Notes under the pieces: generated by a model
What the model saw: only the letters and a program-made list of their open reading frames with translations
What the model was told of the DNA's origin: nothing
Databases searched by the model: none
Program-made: the position numbers and the translations under genes
DNA from: Octopus vulgaris
Taxonomy: Eukaryota
Length of the DNA stretch: 64,000 nt
Reading direction: 5' to 3'
Assembly (NCBI GenBank): GCA_951406725.2
Contig: OX597833.1
Coordinates: 53,196,001-53,260,000 of the forward strand
Shown: one piece after another, positions 13,345 to 27,047 of the stretch
Numbering within the stretch: the first letter of the stretch is position 1
Layout of the letters: every line of letters begins with the position of its first letter

Positions 13345-14294
13345 GTATTTAAGTATGCCTGTTTATAATTGTGTTTACATATTTATCTATCTATATGATT
13401 GTGTGCATACATGTTTATGTGTTTTTGTGTGCGTGGGCATGGATCTGTGTATCTACACGTATGTGAGTGAAATTGTTTTTGTACGTACGTACACATGTAT
13501 GTATGTATGTATGTATGTATGTATGTATGTATGTATGTATGTATGTATACATGCATGTATATTTTTATTCGTGCATCTCTCTGCATACATTAATGTATAA
13601 TTTATATATGTGAGTGTACAGAGTTGTTAGTTTATAAATTGATGTATAATATATATAGAGATAATAAATATACAAAATGGAACCTATCGTGAATGCGTCG
13701 TCGGCATCTACAGAGCACAGAGGTGTAATTAATGCGGTGTTTTAGATTTTGCTGTACACAATATGATATTAAAAGTCAACTGAGTGTGTTAAGTGCAAAA
13801 TAAATAGAAAGAAAGAACGAAGGGGGGAAGAAAAGATGAAGGAAGGAATGAAGAAAGGAAGGAGTGGAAGAAAATGGAAAGGAAGGAAGGAAGGAGGGAA
13901 GAATAATGAACTGTTGAGACGGGTGAACATCAAAGAGAAAGCAAGGGGTCGGAGCAAATTAATTATATACATGGGTATGTATGTATATATATATGAATAT
14001 ATATATATATATACGAACTGTATACTTATACATGCGTATACATGTATAAAACTTATATGTACATATACATAAATTAAGCACAAATTTATATATATATATA
14101 TATGTACATGTATATTTATACATATATGTGTAATTTATAGATATATATAAATAATATTTATTAATTGTTTGTGTGTGTACATTTATTTTAATACATATAT
14201 AGTCAGTAGTTCATATATCTGAAAAAAGTACACACTGAAGTATTAAAGCAGTTAAATATATATTTTTAGGAAGTTTAATGTTATGGCCGAAGTC

Positions 14295-14347
14295 GCATAA
14301 CCTCTCTACAACTGGAGGAATTTCCTCCAGTTGTAGAACAGTTATGC
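14295..14347. repeat. Palindrome/hairpin: 16-bp perfect arms plus 7-bp outer arms
   Basis: GCATAAC-ctc-TCTACAACTGGAGGAA-t-TTCCTCCAGTTGTAGA-aca-GTTATGC. Confidence 0.9.
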
Positions 14348-14826
14348 AGCATTTCCGTCTGACAAGCGCTTTGTTGGTGCTGAGCACTTTATGAGCGCTT
14401 TATAGTTGCGAAACCAATGGTCACTCTAAGACTAGCCATAGCATTTGACTTCCTAATACGTGTGTGCGTGTGTGATTGTGTGTGTGTGTGTCTGTGTGGT
14501 GTGTGTGTATGTGTGTATGTGTGTATGTGTGTATAATGTGTCTGAAATTTATACACATATGTTTCTTTTATTTCATTTATGCGCTTCAGCCATGCACTTG
14601 TGGTCATGCTGGAGCACAACCATTACTTTATACACTTTCCACAGGCCTCTAATTTGGTTGATTTCTTCTGCGTAGTGGAATTTTATGTCACTGCTTATGC
14701 ACGTGTTTTTTCCTCCTGGGTGTTGGCTCATTTAATATATGCAGAAGTTTGACACTGCCTGACATGTATGTTCTTCATGCTAGGACGTTGGTTCATCTAG
14801 TATAGTGGATATATAAATTAGATAAC

Positions 14827-15007
<181 letters not shown>

Positions 15008-15289
15008 TTACAGAGAAATTATTGAGAATTATTTATTGATGAACATCATGGTACATCACGCAAAAAAAAATGCTTTCATCAAGTATGATGCAACACGTCT
15101 GTTCATAAAAAAAAAACACGTCTGAAACAGCTGTCGGAAACCATTATCCATCTGTTATTGTTTGTTTATATATACAGTATATAAAAGTCGGCGGTGGAAT
15201 CAGCTCAGAAGTAAATCTAAGACATTTTAATTTAATAAAATATTTAATAAAATTATTTAGAAATTATGTAAAGAAAATGTAAAGCATTA

Positions 15290-15543
15290 CCGGTTTCTTA
15301 GTAATGATTGTTTGCCAACATAACATGGCAGTCTCGGTTTAGGACCAATGTTGCTGTAATTTATCCCCAGGAGACATCGTCTCCAGCTGGCTATACGACA
15401 CGATCTGTATCCTTACATTTTCGAACAAAGGGAACTCAGCTCAAAATAATATCTGTGTATCGCGATTTCTGGGTTATTTCCATGTTATGTTGCCATGTTA
15501 TTGCCATGTTATGTTGGCAAGCAATCTTTACTACAAAGTACTG
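15290..15543 (-). mobile_element. Fold-back element (family H3) with about 32-bp inverted ends
   Basis: 15299-15330 versus reverse complement of 15502-15533 match at 30/32; interior is homologous to 58024-58264. Confidence 0.75.
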
Positions 15544-15714
15544 TTGGTGAATATCTCACGTTGTGAGATAAAATAAAATAGTAATTTTCTAATCGCCGGT
15601 TTTGATGATGAATTTCATCTTGACAAATATAAAATTTTTTTTAAATAAATTTTGAAGTAAAAACAGTTTATCTTCTGTTTGGTGGTCTTAGATCTTTATT
15701 CTTTTTTTCAACTT

Positions 15715-15991
15715 CGCTATGATAGATCGCTAGCCACTACACATTCTTTATTTTCTCTCTTTGTTTCATTCTGTATTTCTTTCTGTGGAAGAGCGTAGGC
15801 TCGAAACGTTAAAGACTTTTTCACTTCCCGAGCGTTTTACTAATACATCTGTTTGTTGTCTACACCACCTGTCTTCGTCTTTTGTTTTTTTATGAATTCT
15901 CCCCTATATATGACAGGTAGTGTAGACAACAAACAGATGTATTAGTAAAACGCTCGGGAAGTGAAAAAGTCTTTAACGTTTCGAGCCTACG
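15715..15991 (+). mobile_element. Family H1 element followed by (TA)n and an inverted partial copy of itself
   Basis: 15715-15905 collinear with 9178-9385 (reverse complement); 15913-15991 is the reverse complement of about 15794-15872 with one mismatch. Confidence 0.85.
15779..15814 (+). ncRNA. Minimal type I hammerhead-like motif, variant core CUGUGGA
   Basis: CTTT-CTGTGGA-A-GAGC(GTAG)GCTC-GAAAC-GTT-AAAG. Confidence 0.6.
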
Positions 15992-16130
15992 TATGTATGT
16001 ATGTATGTATGTATGTTCGTATGTAAATACATGCATACAAAATAGTCTCTCTCTGTGTATTTATGAGCATGGTGTTCACGGCTATAAAAACAAAACACGC
16101 AACACCCGTCATCTCACTAAACAAACCAGC

Positions 16131-16163
16131 CTGATGATGGGACTATATGACCTTGAAACGTCG
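16131..16163 (+). ncRNA. Degraded minimal hammerhead motif
   Basis: CTGATGA-tgggactatatgacctt-GAAAC-GTC; canonical core but weak stems I and II. Confidence 0.4.
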
Positions 16164-18165
16164 ATAAAATAGACTTGGTAGGGGTAAGAAGGAAAACTAT
16201 AAACAAACTTCAAATAATAATGTTTAAAGGAGGAAATAGAAACAAATTAAATATATATGAGAAAACTTGGCTGCAAAGTGGTGTTTTATACTTAAATATA
16301 TTTGGAAGAAGGGCTTGTTCTCCCTACCGTACTGACAGACAGACAACAAATGCAGGGTGTACCAAAGGAAGACTGAATGATTCAACGACATTATTGCCAC
16401 GATATCTGCCAGACCTTACGATTCGAAGGCTGATGAACGAAACAAGATACTTTCATTCACAACCTTGCTATCAAGTTGGTGGCTGGTCAAAATTAAATCT
16501 AAATTACAAAGGAAGAATAAAACTCTCTCTCTCTCTCACACACATACATGCGCGCGCGCACGCACACACGCACACACGCGCCACGTATTCGTTCTTCACT
16601 CGTTTATTAATGGTCTTATTTTATCTTATGTCCATCGTCTGGAAATATTTCGTCACACATCTGTGACCTCTTCAGCAACCTTTTCGGTCCACATGTATCC
16701 ACCTGCTCCACTTAGTCCATTTTTGTCTTTCTGTGATGTGTATCCTTATCTGCTTGTTCGTATATCATTTAACTACGGTAGTAATTGAATAATATTCTTA
16801 AGGCCGCAATTTACTCACACGTAGCATCTTTCAGAGTTTGTCGCTAATTCAGTTCTTAATATTTTTGTAAAGGTCTTGTCCCTAACTATATTTTGGCATA
16901 AAAAATTGAGATTTTGTCGAGTAGAAAAAAGTTTTGTAGCAACGTTATAGGAAACTAAGTAACGCCCCCAATCAAATTTAGATCTGAATAACTTTTTTAT
17001 TTTAAAAGCAAAATATATTTATCGTGTCTTCAATGATAGAAGAAAACATGAAATAAAAAGGGGACAATAGATTTTTTTTAATGGTTGAGAACCACTGCTT
17101 TATATATTTCTTTTAACACTTTACGTTCTGAGTTCAGATCTCGTTGAAGTCAGCTTTGTCTTACATCTCTCAGCCTGGTCGATAAAATACGGAATTAATC
17201 AAATATTGGAATCCCATGCAACAAAAATGTGTATCAAAAAAATTGTGAGGTAAAATATGAAAAAATATAAGGCAAAATTTGGAATTAAATATAATTAACT
17301 TATTTATTTTAAAAACAAACTATATTCTAATTAAGCTTAAATGATAGAGCTCAATTTGAGGAATTTCATGGCATCAATCTCATGCAATGAAGTTTTAAAA
17401 AAAAGAAGATATGAGTGTTTGTTTCTCAAATTTGAGGGTGATAATATAGTTCTATACTGTTTTATGAATATAGTTCTATAAGGGGACTTTTAATATATGT
17501 CACGGGCATCATTGAGGTAAGGAAAAATTATCAATGACTGCTAATTTGCAATTAGTTTAATTATGTCATCTTAAATGATAGACAATTTTCAATAAAGTAA
17601 AATCTTAAATAATTAATTGACACATTATTAATTAGCATAATAGCATAGCCTGGAAAAAAAACGTGGATTACATGGGAAAATGTGAGCAAGAGAAATAATA
17701 TTCTTAAGATTATAAACCTGGAAAAGTACAGGGCAAGTTATTACACTTGGAAAAGTTCAGAACAGGTTATTACATCTATTAAAGTACAGAACAAGAAAAA
17801 TTTTAATTTAAATATTGCATCTAAGGATAAAATTTGAATATTAAAAATTATTTGATTTTAATTTTCAAAGAAACATTATAATTAGAAAAGGTACTATCAT
17901 TTTTTAACTAGTTTTAGTTATAATATTGACACGCTAGAATACTTTTTTATTTTTTATTTAAAAAAAATTTATTTATTTATTTTTTTTTTTTTTGCGTTTC
18001 GTCCTTTCAAGGTCGATGAAGTACCAACCTAGTATTAGTACAGTTCTCTCTCCTACTAGTTGTCACATGCAACTTTTTTCCACTGCACTAAAGCCCCATT
18101 CAATACACACTCACTCGGATACGCACACGCATGAACACATATATGTATAATATATTTTCAGTTAG

Positions 18166-18370
18166 AGGCACAAGGCCAGAAATTTGGGAGGGAAGGAAGC
18201 TCGTCGATAATATCAGCTCTAGTGCTTGAATGGTACTTAATTTATCGACCCCAAAAAGGATAAAAGGCAAAGTCGACCACGGTGGAATTTGAACCCAGAA
18301 CCTAAAGACGGACAAAATGTCGCTAAGGATTTTGCCCAGCGTGCTAACGAGTCTGCCAGATAGCCGCCTT
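18166..18370 (-). mobile_element. tRNA-derived SINE family B (older variant tail)
   Basis: Reverse complement: AAGGCGGC..TGGCAGA.TCGTTAGCAC (A box), GGGTTCAAATTCC (B box), GCCTTTTATCCTTTTGGGGTCGATAAATTAAGTACC central domain. Confidence 0.85.
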
Positions 18371-18384
18371 CATGCATACATCTA

Positions 18385-18521
18385 TCTACCAAATCCACTC
18401 ACAAGGCTTTGGTCGACCCGAGGCCATAGTAAGACACTTGTCAAAGGTACTACGCGGTGAGACTGAACCCGGAACCATGTGGTTGGAAAGCAAGCTACTT
18501 ACCACACAGCCACTCCTGTGC
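18385..18521 (-). mobile_element. SINE family A 5' half
   Basis: Reverse complement of the family A head. Confidence 0.85.
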
Positions 18522-18556
18522 CCTTATATCTGTATGTATGTATATGTTATTGTATG

Positions 18557-18598
<42 letters not shown>

Positions 18599-18757
18599 TA
18601 AAAAATGGAGTTAACGCAGGTTTAAACAAGTATTTTTACTTTCTACATATGTTTCGAACATTCCACTGATACTATTCAAAAGAATAAATGGTATAAACAA
18701 TTGCAATCTTCTCTTCGGGAAAGTGAAAAAACGAAACTCGTCAATACGACATTTTAG

Positions 18758-18905
<148 letters not shown>

Positions 18906-19279
18906 ATATATGTGTGTGCGTATGTGTGTGTATGTATATATGTATATATATATATATATGTATATGTATATGTGTGTGTATGTATGTGTGTATGTATGTA
19001 TGCATGCATGTATGTATGTATTTATGTATGTATGTATGTATACATGCATGTATGTATGTATGTATGTATGTATGTATGTATGTATGTATGCATGCATGTA
19101 TGTATGTATGTATGTATGTATGTATGTATGTATATATTTATGTATGTATGTATACACTCTCGAAAAACAAACAAATATACATATTCAAAATTGCACATAT
19201 TATTCCTCCGTACGGTATGTTTATGTTTTATGTGTATAGAAGTGTGCATTGCTGTTCTGTGCAATACGTGTGTGCGTGC

Positions 19280-19348
<69 letters not shown>

Positions 19349-19444
19349 CGTGTGTCTTGTTTTCTGTTTGCGGATCAAGTGTGTATGTGAGAGAGGAAAA
19401 TGTATGTCTATATGTGTGTGTATATATGTATATGTTTACATGTG

Positions 19445-19481
<37 letters not shown>

Positions 19482-19689
19482 TTGTGTGCACATGAGTGGG
19501 TGTGTTGTGAGTGAGTGGGTGTGCGATCGCAAATGCGCTCCCTGCTACTTGAGGGACCACTCCAGTTCGCTGTGTGGAAACTTCAAGAAGAAAAATAATT
19601 AAATTCTGTCGCAAAATTGTTTATCATAGATTTGTCATAGACAAAATAATTCCGTAAGATGAGATCTTAAATGTTGATGTAGGTCTGTG

Positions 19690-20156
19690 ATAGTGGTGGT
19701 GGCGGTGGAGGTAGTGGTGGTAGTAGCAACGGTAGTGGTGGTGGTGGTGATGATGGTGGTAGCAGTAGTAAAATTAGTGGTGGTGGGAGGATAGGGTAAT
19801 AATGGTAGTTGTAGTGGTGGTGGTGGTAGTGGCAACGGTAGTAGTGGCTGTGGTGGTGATTGTGGTAGTGGTGATGGTGGTGGTGGTGGTGGTGGTGATG
19901 ATGGTGGCGGTAGTAGTAGTAAAAGTAGTGGTGGTGGGAGGATAGGGTAATAATGATTGTTGTAGTGGTGGTGGTGTAGTAGTGCTCGTCGTGGACGTGA
20001 TGCAGATGGTGGTGGTAGTGGTGGTGGTGGTGGTGGTAGTGGTGGTACTGAAAGGGAGTGTACGTGTGGGGCGATGCGGCTATGAGAAGCTGATGGTATT
20101 GGTAGTGGTGGTAGTAATAGTAGTCGTAGTAGTAGTAGTAATCGCAGTAGTAGTAA

Positions 20157-20221
<65 letters not shown>

Positions 20222-20222
20222 A

Positions 20223-20296
<74 letters not shown>

Positions 20297-20640
20297 TTGG
20301 TGGTGGTGGTGATGATGTATCAGTAATTGTAGAGGTGGTAGTATGTGACAATGTTTGTGTGTATGATGTGAAGTCGGTGGTCGATAATATTGTGGGTGTG
20401 AATAGTGGTCGAAGGGATGTAAATGCATATGTAGTAGTGTGGATGATAGTGTAGTATGTGGTGGTGGTGGTAGTGGTGGTGGTGGTGGTGGTGGTGGTGG
20501 TGGTGGTGATGGTGGTGGTGGTTGTGGTGGTAGTGGTTGTAGTGGTGGTGGTGGTGGTGGTGGAGATGATGATAATGGTGGTGCTAGTTGTGCTGGGAGT
20601 GGAAATAGTTGTATGGGTGACGGTGATAGTGGTGCCCAAC
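19690..20640. repeat. Low-complexity (GGT)n/(AGT)n trinucleotide region
   Basis: Read directly; partly duplicated in inverted orientation at 20870-21217. Confidence 0.9.
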
Positions 20641-22081
20641 ATTGCATGTTGCTGTTGTTGTTTAGCTCCTTAGTTATTTGAGGGAATTTTAGCTGCTACT
20701 TTTAGCTGGTCGAGAGATCGCATAAAGGGTTTTGTCGCGTCACCAGATGTTAATGCAGCGAGAAAAAGAATGTTGGGGACATAACGGTACCTTGGGGCTA
20801 CACAAGAGAAAGGACCCCCAAATGAAACTTCGTGCGACGGAATCCTTTTAATTCTGAAAGGATGAATCCTATCCACTACCACCATCACCACCTCCACCAT
20901 GTCCACGACGAGCACTACTACCACCACCATCACCACCACTACAATGGTCATTATTACCCTATCCTCCCACCACCATCACCACCAAACCACCACCATCACC
21001 ACCAAACCACCACCACCAACACCACCAAACCACCACCATCGCCACCAAACCACCACCATCACCACCAAACCACCACCATCACCACCAAACCACCACCATC
21101 GCCACCAAACCACCACCATCACCACCAAACCACCACCACCACCACTACAGAATCTACTGTTACATATACATATATACACACACGTGTAGACATACATTGT
21201 CACATACTACCACCTCTCGCAATTAAAGGGTTTTCTTGAGAAGTGGGGCCTTTGGAGATGTTAGGACCCTGTCAAATATTCATGGTTCTCCCCTTGGCTA
21301 CTCACGCACGGGACCAACGTCCAAGCTGACTGCCATTTCTTATGGGCCCTGACTAGAGATAATAGAGTGTGAGTGACACAGGCTCATCAGTTCACGCAGC
21401 CGTGGTATTATCTGACCGGAAGTCTTAGTCCATGAAATAACAAACGAAAGAAGCCCATAGAGAACAAGTTGCACCACTTCTACTAATTTTGGACAGCCGT
21501 TGGTTTTATCTCTTCGGAGGAACATAAAATATATTTCAAAAACAACTTCACACTGATGGAGCTTATTTGTATCTGTGTGGATGTGTAGTCTCATAACTCT
21601 GTCACATTTCTAAGTAAAATCATGTGGGTCGCATTTGTGTTTTGTAAAAGGTCAGCAACGGATTGAGGCCGAAATATTTGGCGGGATTCTGGTTTAAACA
21701 CCCATATAACCCCACATAACTTTTTTTTTATTTTTTGGAATTTTCAGAAAATTTTTGCGTATTTATGTTCTACATACGAGAATTCGTGCAATTATGCAAA
21801 AACAAAAGAAAAAGATTTTTGTGTGTAATTTAAGGGCTATTTAGCTGTTATTTTTTTGCACATCTCACGACTACCTGATATCTTCCTCGGTTCTTTGTCA
21901 TTCTGACATATGGAAGTTTTTTCTGTATTTTTCTTCCTATAAACACGTTTAATGACCCATTACTGAGATTTAAGCAAAAACTTTGGACTCCGTATTTCAA
22001 ACGCTGATTTTATCATAATTATATGAAAATTTCATACTCCCGTGTGAAGAACACAGATTCGCAAAAATTTTCTGAATATTC

Positions 22082-22490
22082 ACAGGCGCAGGAGTGGCTG
22101 TGTGGTAAGTAGCTTGCTTACCAACCACATGGTTCCAGGTTCAGTCCCACTGCGTGGCACCTTGGGCAAGTGTCTTCTACTATAGCCTCGGGCCGACCAA
22201 AGCCTTGTGAGTGGATTTGGTAGACGGAAACTGAAAGAAGCCCGTTGTATATATGTATATATATGTAGATATGTGTGTGCGTGTATGTTTGTGTTTGTCC
22301 CCCTAGCATTGCTTGACAACTGATGCTGGTGTGTTTATGTCCCCGTCTCTTAGCGGTTCGGCAAAAGAAACCGATAGAATAAGCACTGGGCTCACAAAGA
22401 ATAAGTCCCGGGGTCGAGTTGCTCGATTAAACGCGGTGCTCCAGCATGGCCGCAGTCAAATGACTGAAACAAGTAAAAGAGTAAAAGAGT
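22082..22490 (+). mobile_element. SINE family A, full length
   Basis: Collinear with 4152-4590. Confidence 0.9.
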
Positions 22491-22772
22491 ACTCCAAAAA
22501 AATATTAAAAGCTATGAGGGGTTATATGGAGTGCTTACGCCAGAATTGCTCCAAATATTTCCCAGATTACAAAAAAACAAACAGCTTAAATTTCTAGGTG
22601 CAGTTCTAGAAATGTTAAAGGAGTGTGGTTGCCATGAAATATAATCAAAAACAATAGATTGGAACACTTGAAGCGCCTTTCGAGGGTTTCATCTGGTCGA
22701 GTTTGCTTAAATTTTCAAACTTTTCGTTGCTAATAACGTCCTTTGTCGCTGGCTTAGCAGTAAAATTTCCCA

Positions 22773-23086
22773 GACCGGGCGTTGTGAGTGTTTATTGAGC
22801 GAAAACACCTAAAGCTCCACGAGGCTCCGGCAGGGATGGTGGTGATCCCTGCTGTACTCTTTCACCACAACTTTCTCTCACTCTTACTTCCTGTTTCTGT
22901 TGTACCTGTATTTCAAAGGGCCGGCCTTGTCACTCTCTGTGTCACGCTGAATATCCCCGAGAACTGCGTTAAGGGTACACGTGTCTGTGGAGTGCTCAGC
23001 CACTTACACGTTAATTTCACGAGCAGGCTGTTCCGTTGATCGGATCAACCGGAACCCTCGTCGTCGTAACCGACGGAGTGCTTCCA
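22773..23086 (+). mobile_element. SINE-like family D body (5'-truncated)
   Basis: Dispersed homologs at 10680-10735, 51360-51410 and 56130-56250 (all minus strand). Confidence 0.7.
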
Positions 23087-23797
23087 GCAGTAAAACACTT
23101 TGAACACTTGTTGATCCTAACCATTGACTTCACAAAGGCTCCTCTATCAAGCATTGTGTGAACGTTGCTGTTGGTCAATGAGCTACTCTTTTGACCAAGG
23201 CTGCATATCTATTCTGATTCTGCCTAAGCCTGCCGAGTGCAGCGCTTTGACAAAGGTTAACCCGTGTTTGGTCCAGGACGACTCGTTTCCAAATTCGTTG
23301 CTACCCTTAGATTTTGATGTGGTTCCCATATCCTCTTCTTGGGGACCCACTCGGTAGAATTTCTCTTTCCCAATCATATTCAAGGTTTTACGTAGGTGTT
23401 TTTCAAGCGTAAGGCACGTATATTGTTACAATATTTCTTCCTTAATGTGCAAAGCCATTTTTTGGTGGGGTTTAAGGAGACTATGTGGTCATACCCCCCA
23501 CTTGTGGTCCTCGTTCAAAGAATCAGTGTAAGTCTGTAATGATGTATAACAGGTAATAGATGTAGAGAGTCTGTGCGCAAGAGGTGAAGGTGAAACGAAA
23601 TATAGAATCTTAAGGTGGGTATGTGTGTATGTGAGCGTGTGTGTGTGTGCGCGCGTGTACGTGTTATCATATGTGCGTGCGTGTTTCTGTGTGTGCGTAT
23701 GTGTGCGTGTTTGTGTGTGTGCGTATGATGTGCGTGTTTGTGTGTGTGCGTTTGTGTGCGTGTTTGTGTATGTGTGCGGTAGATAGATAGATAGAAT

Positions 23798-23861
<64 letters not shown>

Positions 23862-23990
23862 CAAAGAAAGAAAATCAGACAGACAGACAGACAGATAGAC
23901 AGACAGATAGACAGATAGACAGAGAGACAGACAGACAGACAGATAGATAGACAGATAGATAGACAGAGAGACAGAGAGATAGATAGATAA

Positions 23991-24067
<77 letters not shown>

Positions 24068-24092
24068 CAGATAGGTAGGTAGGTAGACAGAG

Positions 24093-24145
<53 letters not shown>

Positions 24146-24821
24146 GATATTACTCATGTACCAGTGATGCACTCGGGTCGGTCCAGTTGACTTCACCTCA
24201 GTAGTTTCACATATAAACACCGGCCTCATGTTTTGTCTCGCAATTGAGGCTGTGTGTGCAAACTTTAATAATGAAATTGTGTATATAAGTGTGTGGTAAT
24301 TTGTATGTGTGTGCGTGCGTGTGCAAGAGTGTGAGTGCGTGTATGTGTATGTATGTGTGCGTGAATGTTTATATATGTGTACTAATATATATCAATGTGT
24401 GCCAGAGTGTGTATATGTATAAGAATATAGTAAACGTTGGTGTGTGTGTGCTTGTGTTAATCTGTAGAAGAGTCGACGTATATGTGCGAGTATGTATATG
24501 CTTTAATGCTTTAATGTGTGTGTGTATGCATGTGTGTGTGTATGCATGTGTGTGTGTATGCGTGTGTGTGTGTCTGGTGTAAGAATAGTGGATGTGTGTA
24601 TGTACTTATGTATATGAGCGTGAAAGTGTGTATATGTGTGCGTGTGTGTGAAGGTGTTTGTGTATGCAAGTGTGTGTGTATGAGTGTGTGTACTTATGTG
24701 AGTGAGAAAGTGTATGTGTTTATGTGTGCGTGTGTGTGAAAGTGTTTGACTGTATGAGTGCGTATGTGTGCTGTGTGTGTGTTTGTGTATGCAAGTGTGT
24801 GTGTGTGCATGAGTGTGTGTG

Positions 24822-24854
<33 letters not shown>

Positions 24855-25249
24855 GTGTGTACTTATGTGAGTGAGAAAGTGTGTGTGTATATGTGTGCGT
24901 GTGTGTGAAAGTGTTTGACTGTATGAGTGCGTATGTGTGCTGTGTGTGTGTGTGTTTGTGTATGCAAGTGTGTGTGTGTTTGCTGTGCGTGTTAAGAGTC
25001 AAGCAGTGAAAGAAATGAAGCTTGTAATGAAGTCTTCACGACGGCGATGTGTGTGGTCTCGGGTAGCGGGGTGTGATACGGGTGTGATACGGGTGTCCCC
25101 TCAGTTGCTTAATGCTTCTGTTGCTGCTGATGCTACTGCTGCTGATGATGAACGACGAGAAGGAGGAAAAGGAGGGAAAAGAAGAGAGAGAAGAAGGGAG
25201 AAGAGAGAGAGAGAGAGAGAGGAGGAGGAGAGAGAAACGATGGCAATAT

Positions 25250-25680
<431 letters not shown>

Positions 25681-25929
25681 GTTGTCATTTGGCACAGATC
25701 AACTCAGATCAGGTCCGACCCATGACCAAAGACATTCCAACCGTGACAATCCCATATTTTTAAATTATGTTTTTTTTTGTCTTTTTCTTTTTTCTCTCTT
25801 AACTACTTTACTCAGATTACATTATCCAATGTGTGGATTTGAGGGTTGTGATTTGACTGTTATAACTAGCAAGTTCAACGACCACCTACAGTCTCTCTCT
25901 CTCTCTCTCTCTGTCTTTCTCACTTTCTC

Positions 25930-25964
<35 letters not shown>

Positions 25965-26209
25965 TTCACTCTCTCTCTCTCTCTTTCTCTCTATCCATCT
26001 CTTTCTCTCTCTTCCTTTCTCTCTTTCTATCTCTTTCTTTCTCTCTCTATCTTTCTCACTCTCTCTCTCTCTTTCACTCTCTCTCTCTCTTTCTTTCTAT
26101 CCATCTCTTTCTATCTCTTTCTTTCTCTCTCTATCTTTCTCTCTTTCTCTATCCATCTCTTTCTCTCTCTTCCTTTCTCTCTTTCTATCTCTTTCTTTCT
26201 CTCTCTTTT

Positions 26210-26240
<31 letters not shown>

Positions 26241-26307
26241 GTCTATTTCTCTCTCTCTCTTCCTTTCTCTCTTTCTATCTCTTTCTCTCTCTCTCTTTCT
26301 CTCTGTC

Positions 26308-26351
<44 letters not shown>

Positions 26352-26565
26352 TTAGTAAGGTGATTTAGTGAAAGCAACAATATCGCTGTCGTCATCGTCG
26401 TCAATATTTGTTGTTGTTGTTGTTGTTGTTGCTTAACCTCCAGGTTATCACTGACGATCATACATGTGATCAAAGGCCTTCTATTTATGACCATCCCGTC
26501 ATTCATTTTCTGTATTCTCATGTTCTACTGGCTACAGCGTCACACTTTAACCATACTGTATAGAA

Positions 26566-26850
26566 TAGTGGTTCCCAAAGCGAGCGTTACTGCCCCTTTG
26601 GGGACCCTGGAAAGATCCTAGTGGGTGTTGAAGAAAGGTGGGGGCGATAATTAGGTGCCCAATGGATATAAAAGCAACAAAATAATGGGTTAGTTAGGTT
26701 AAGTTATATTTGTGAAATAAATAGTTTTGAATCGGTTGCAAGAAGTGGTCTGTGTTTGTGATGGAGGTAAGTGGTGAGTCTGGGTGCACTTGGAATGTGG
26801 CCTCAGTGCCAAGCGGGGGCGGCAGTCTGAAATAGTTTGGAAGCCACCAG
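26566..26850. mobile_element. Old hAT (Charlie-like) MITE
   Basis: Ends TAGTGGTTCCCAAA ... TTTGGAAGCCACCA resemble the CAGTGGTTCCCAAAC TIR consensus; TAGA in both flanks; a similar right end GGTTGAGAACCACTG lies near 17083-17097. Confidence 0.6.
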
Positions 26851-26864
26851 TAGAAAGTAATGGC

Positions 26865-27047
26865 TTTTCCAAAAAATTTTTCAAACTTTTTCCCAAAAAT
26901 CTTTCAAAATTTTCCACAAAATTATTTGAAAATTTTTCCCCAAAATGTTTTGAAAATTTTTCTAAATTTTTCCTAAATTTTTTCAAAATTTTCCCCAAAG
27001 ATTTTTGAAACTTTTTCCCCAAAATTTTTCGAAATTTTTCCCCAAAA
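26865..27047. repeat. Degenerate minisatellite, unit about 21 bp (TTTTCCCCAAAATTTTTCGAAA-like)
   Basis: About 8 recurring units read directly. Confidence 0.75.

Noticed and set aside
16175-16666. 163-aa partly non-repetitive ORF
   Set aside because: No recognisable family apart from a faint PRYLPDL resemblance to mariner YSPDL; runs into microsatellite
21330-21390. Minus-strand CTGATGA...GAAA
   Set aside because: Stem II not adjacent to GAAA, and stems I/III do not form; likely chance
23100-23515. Possible RTE 3' remnant on the minus strand (TEWVP..., IWKRVVLDQ)
   Set aside because: Too degenerate to support without a translated search
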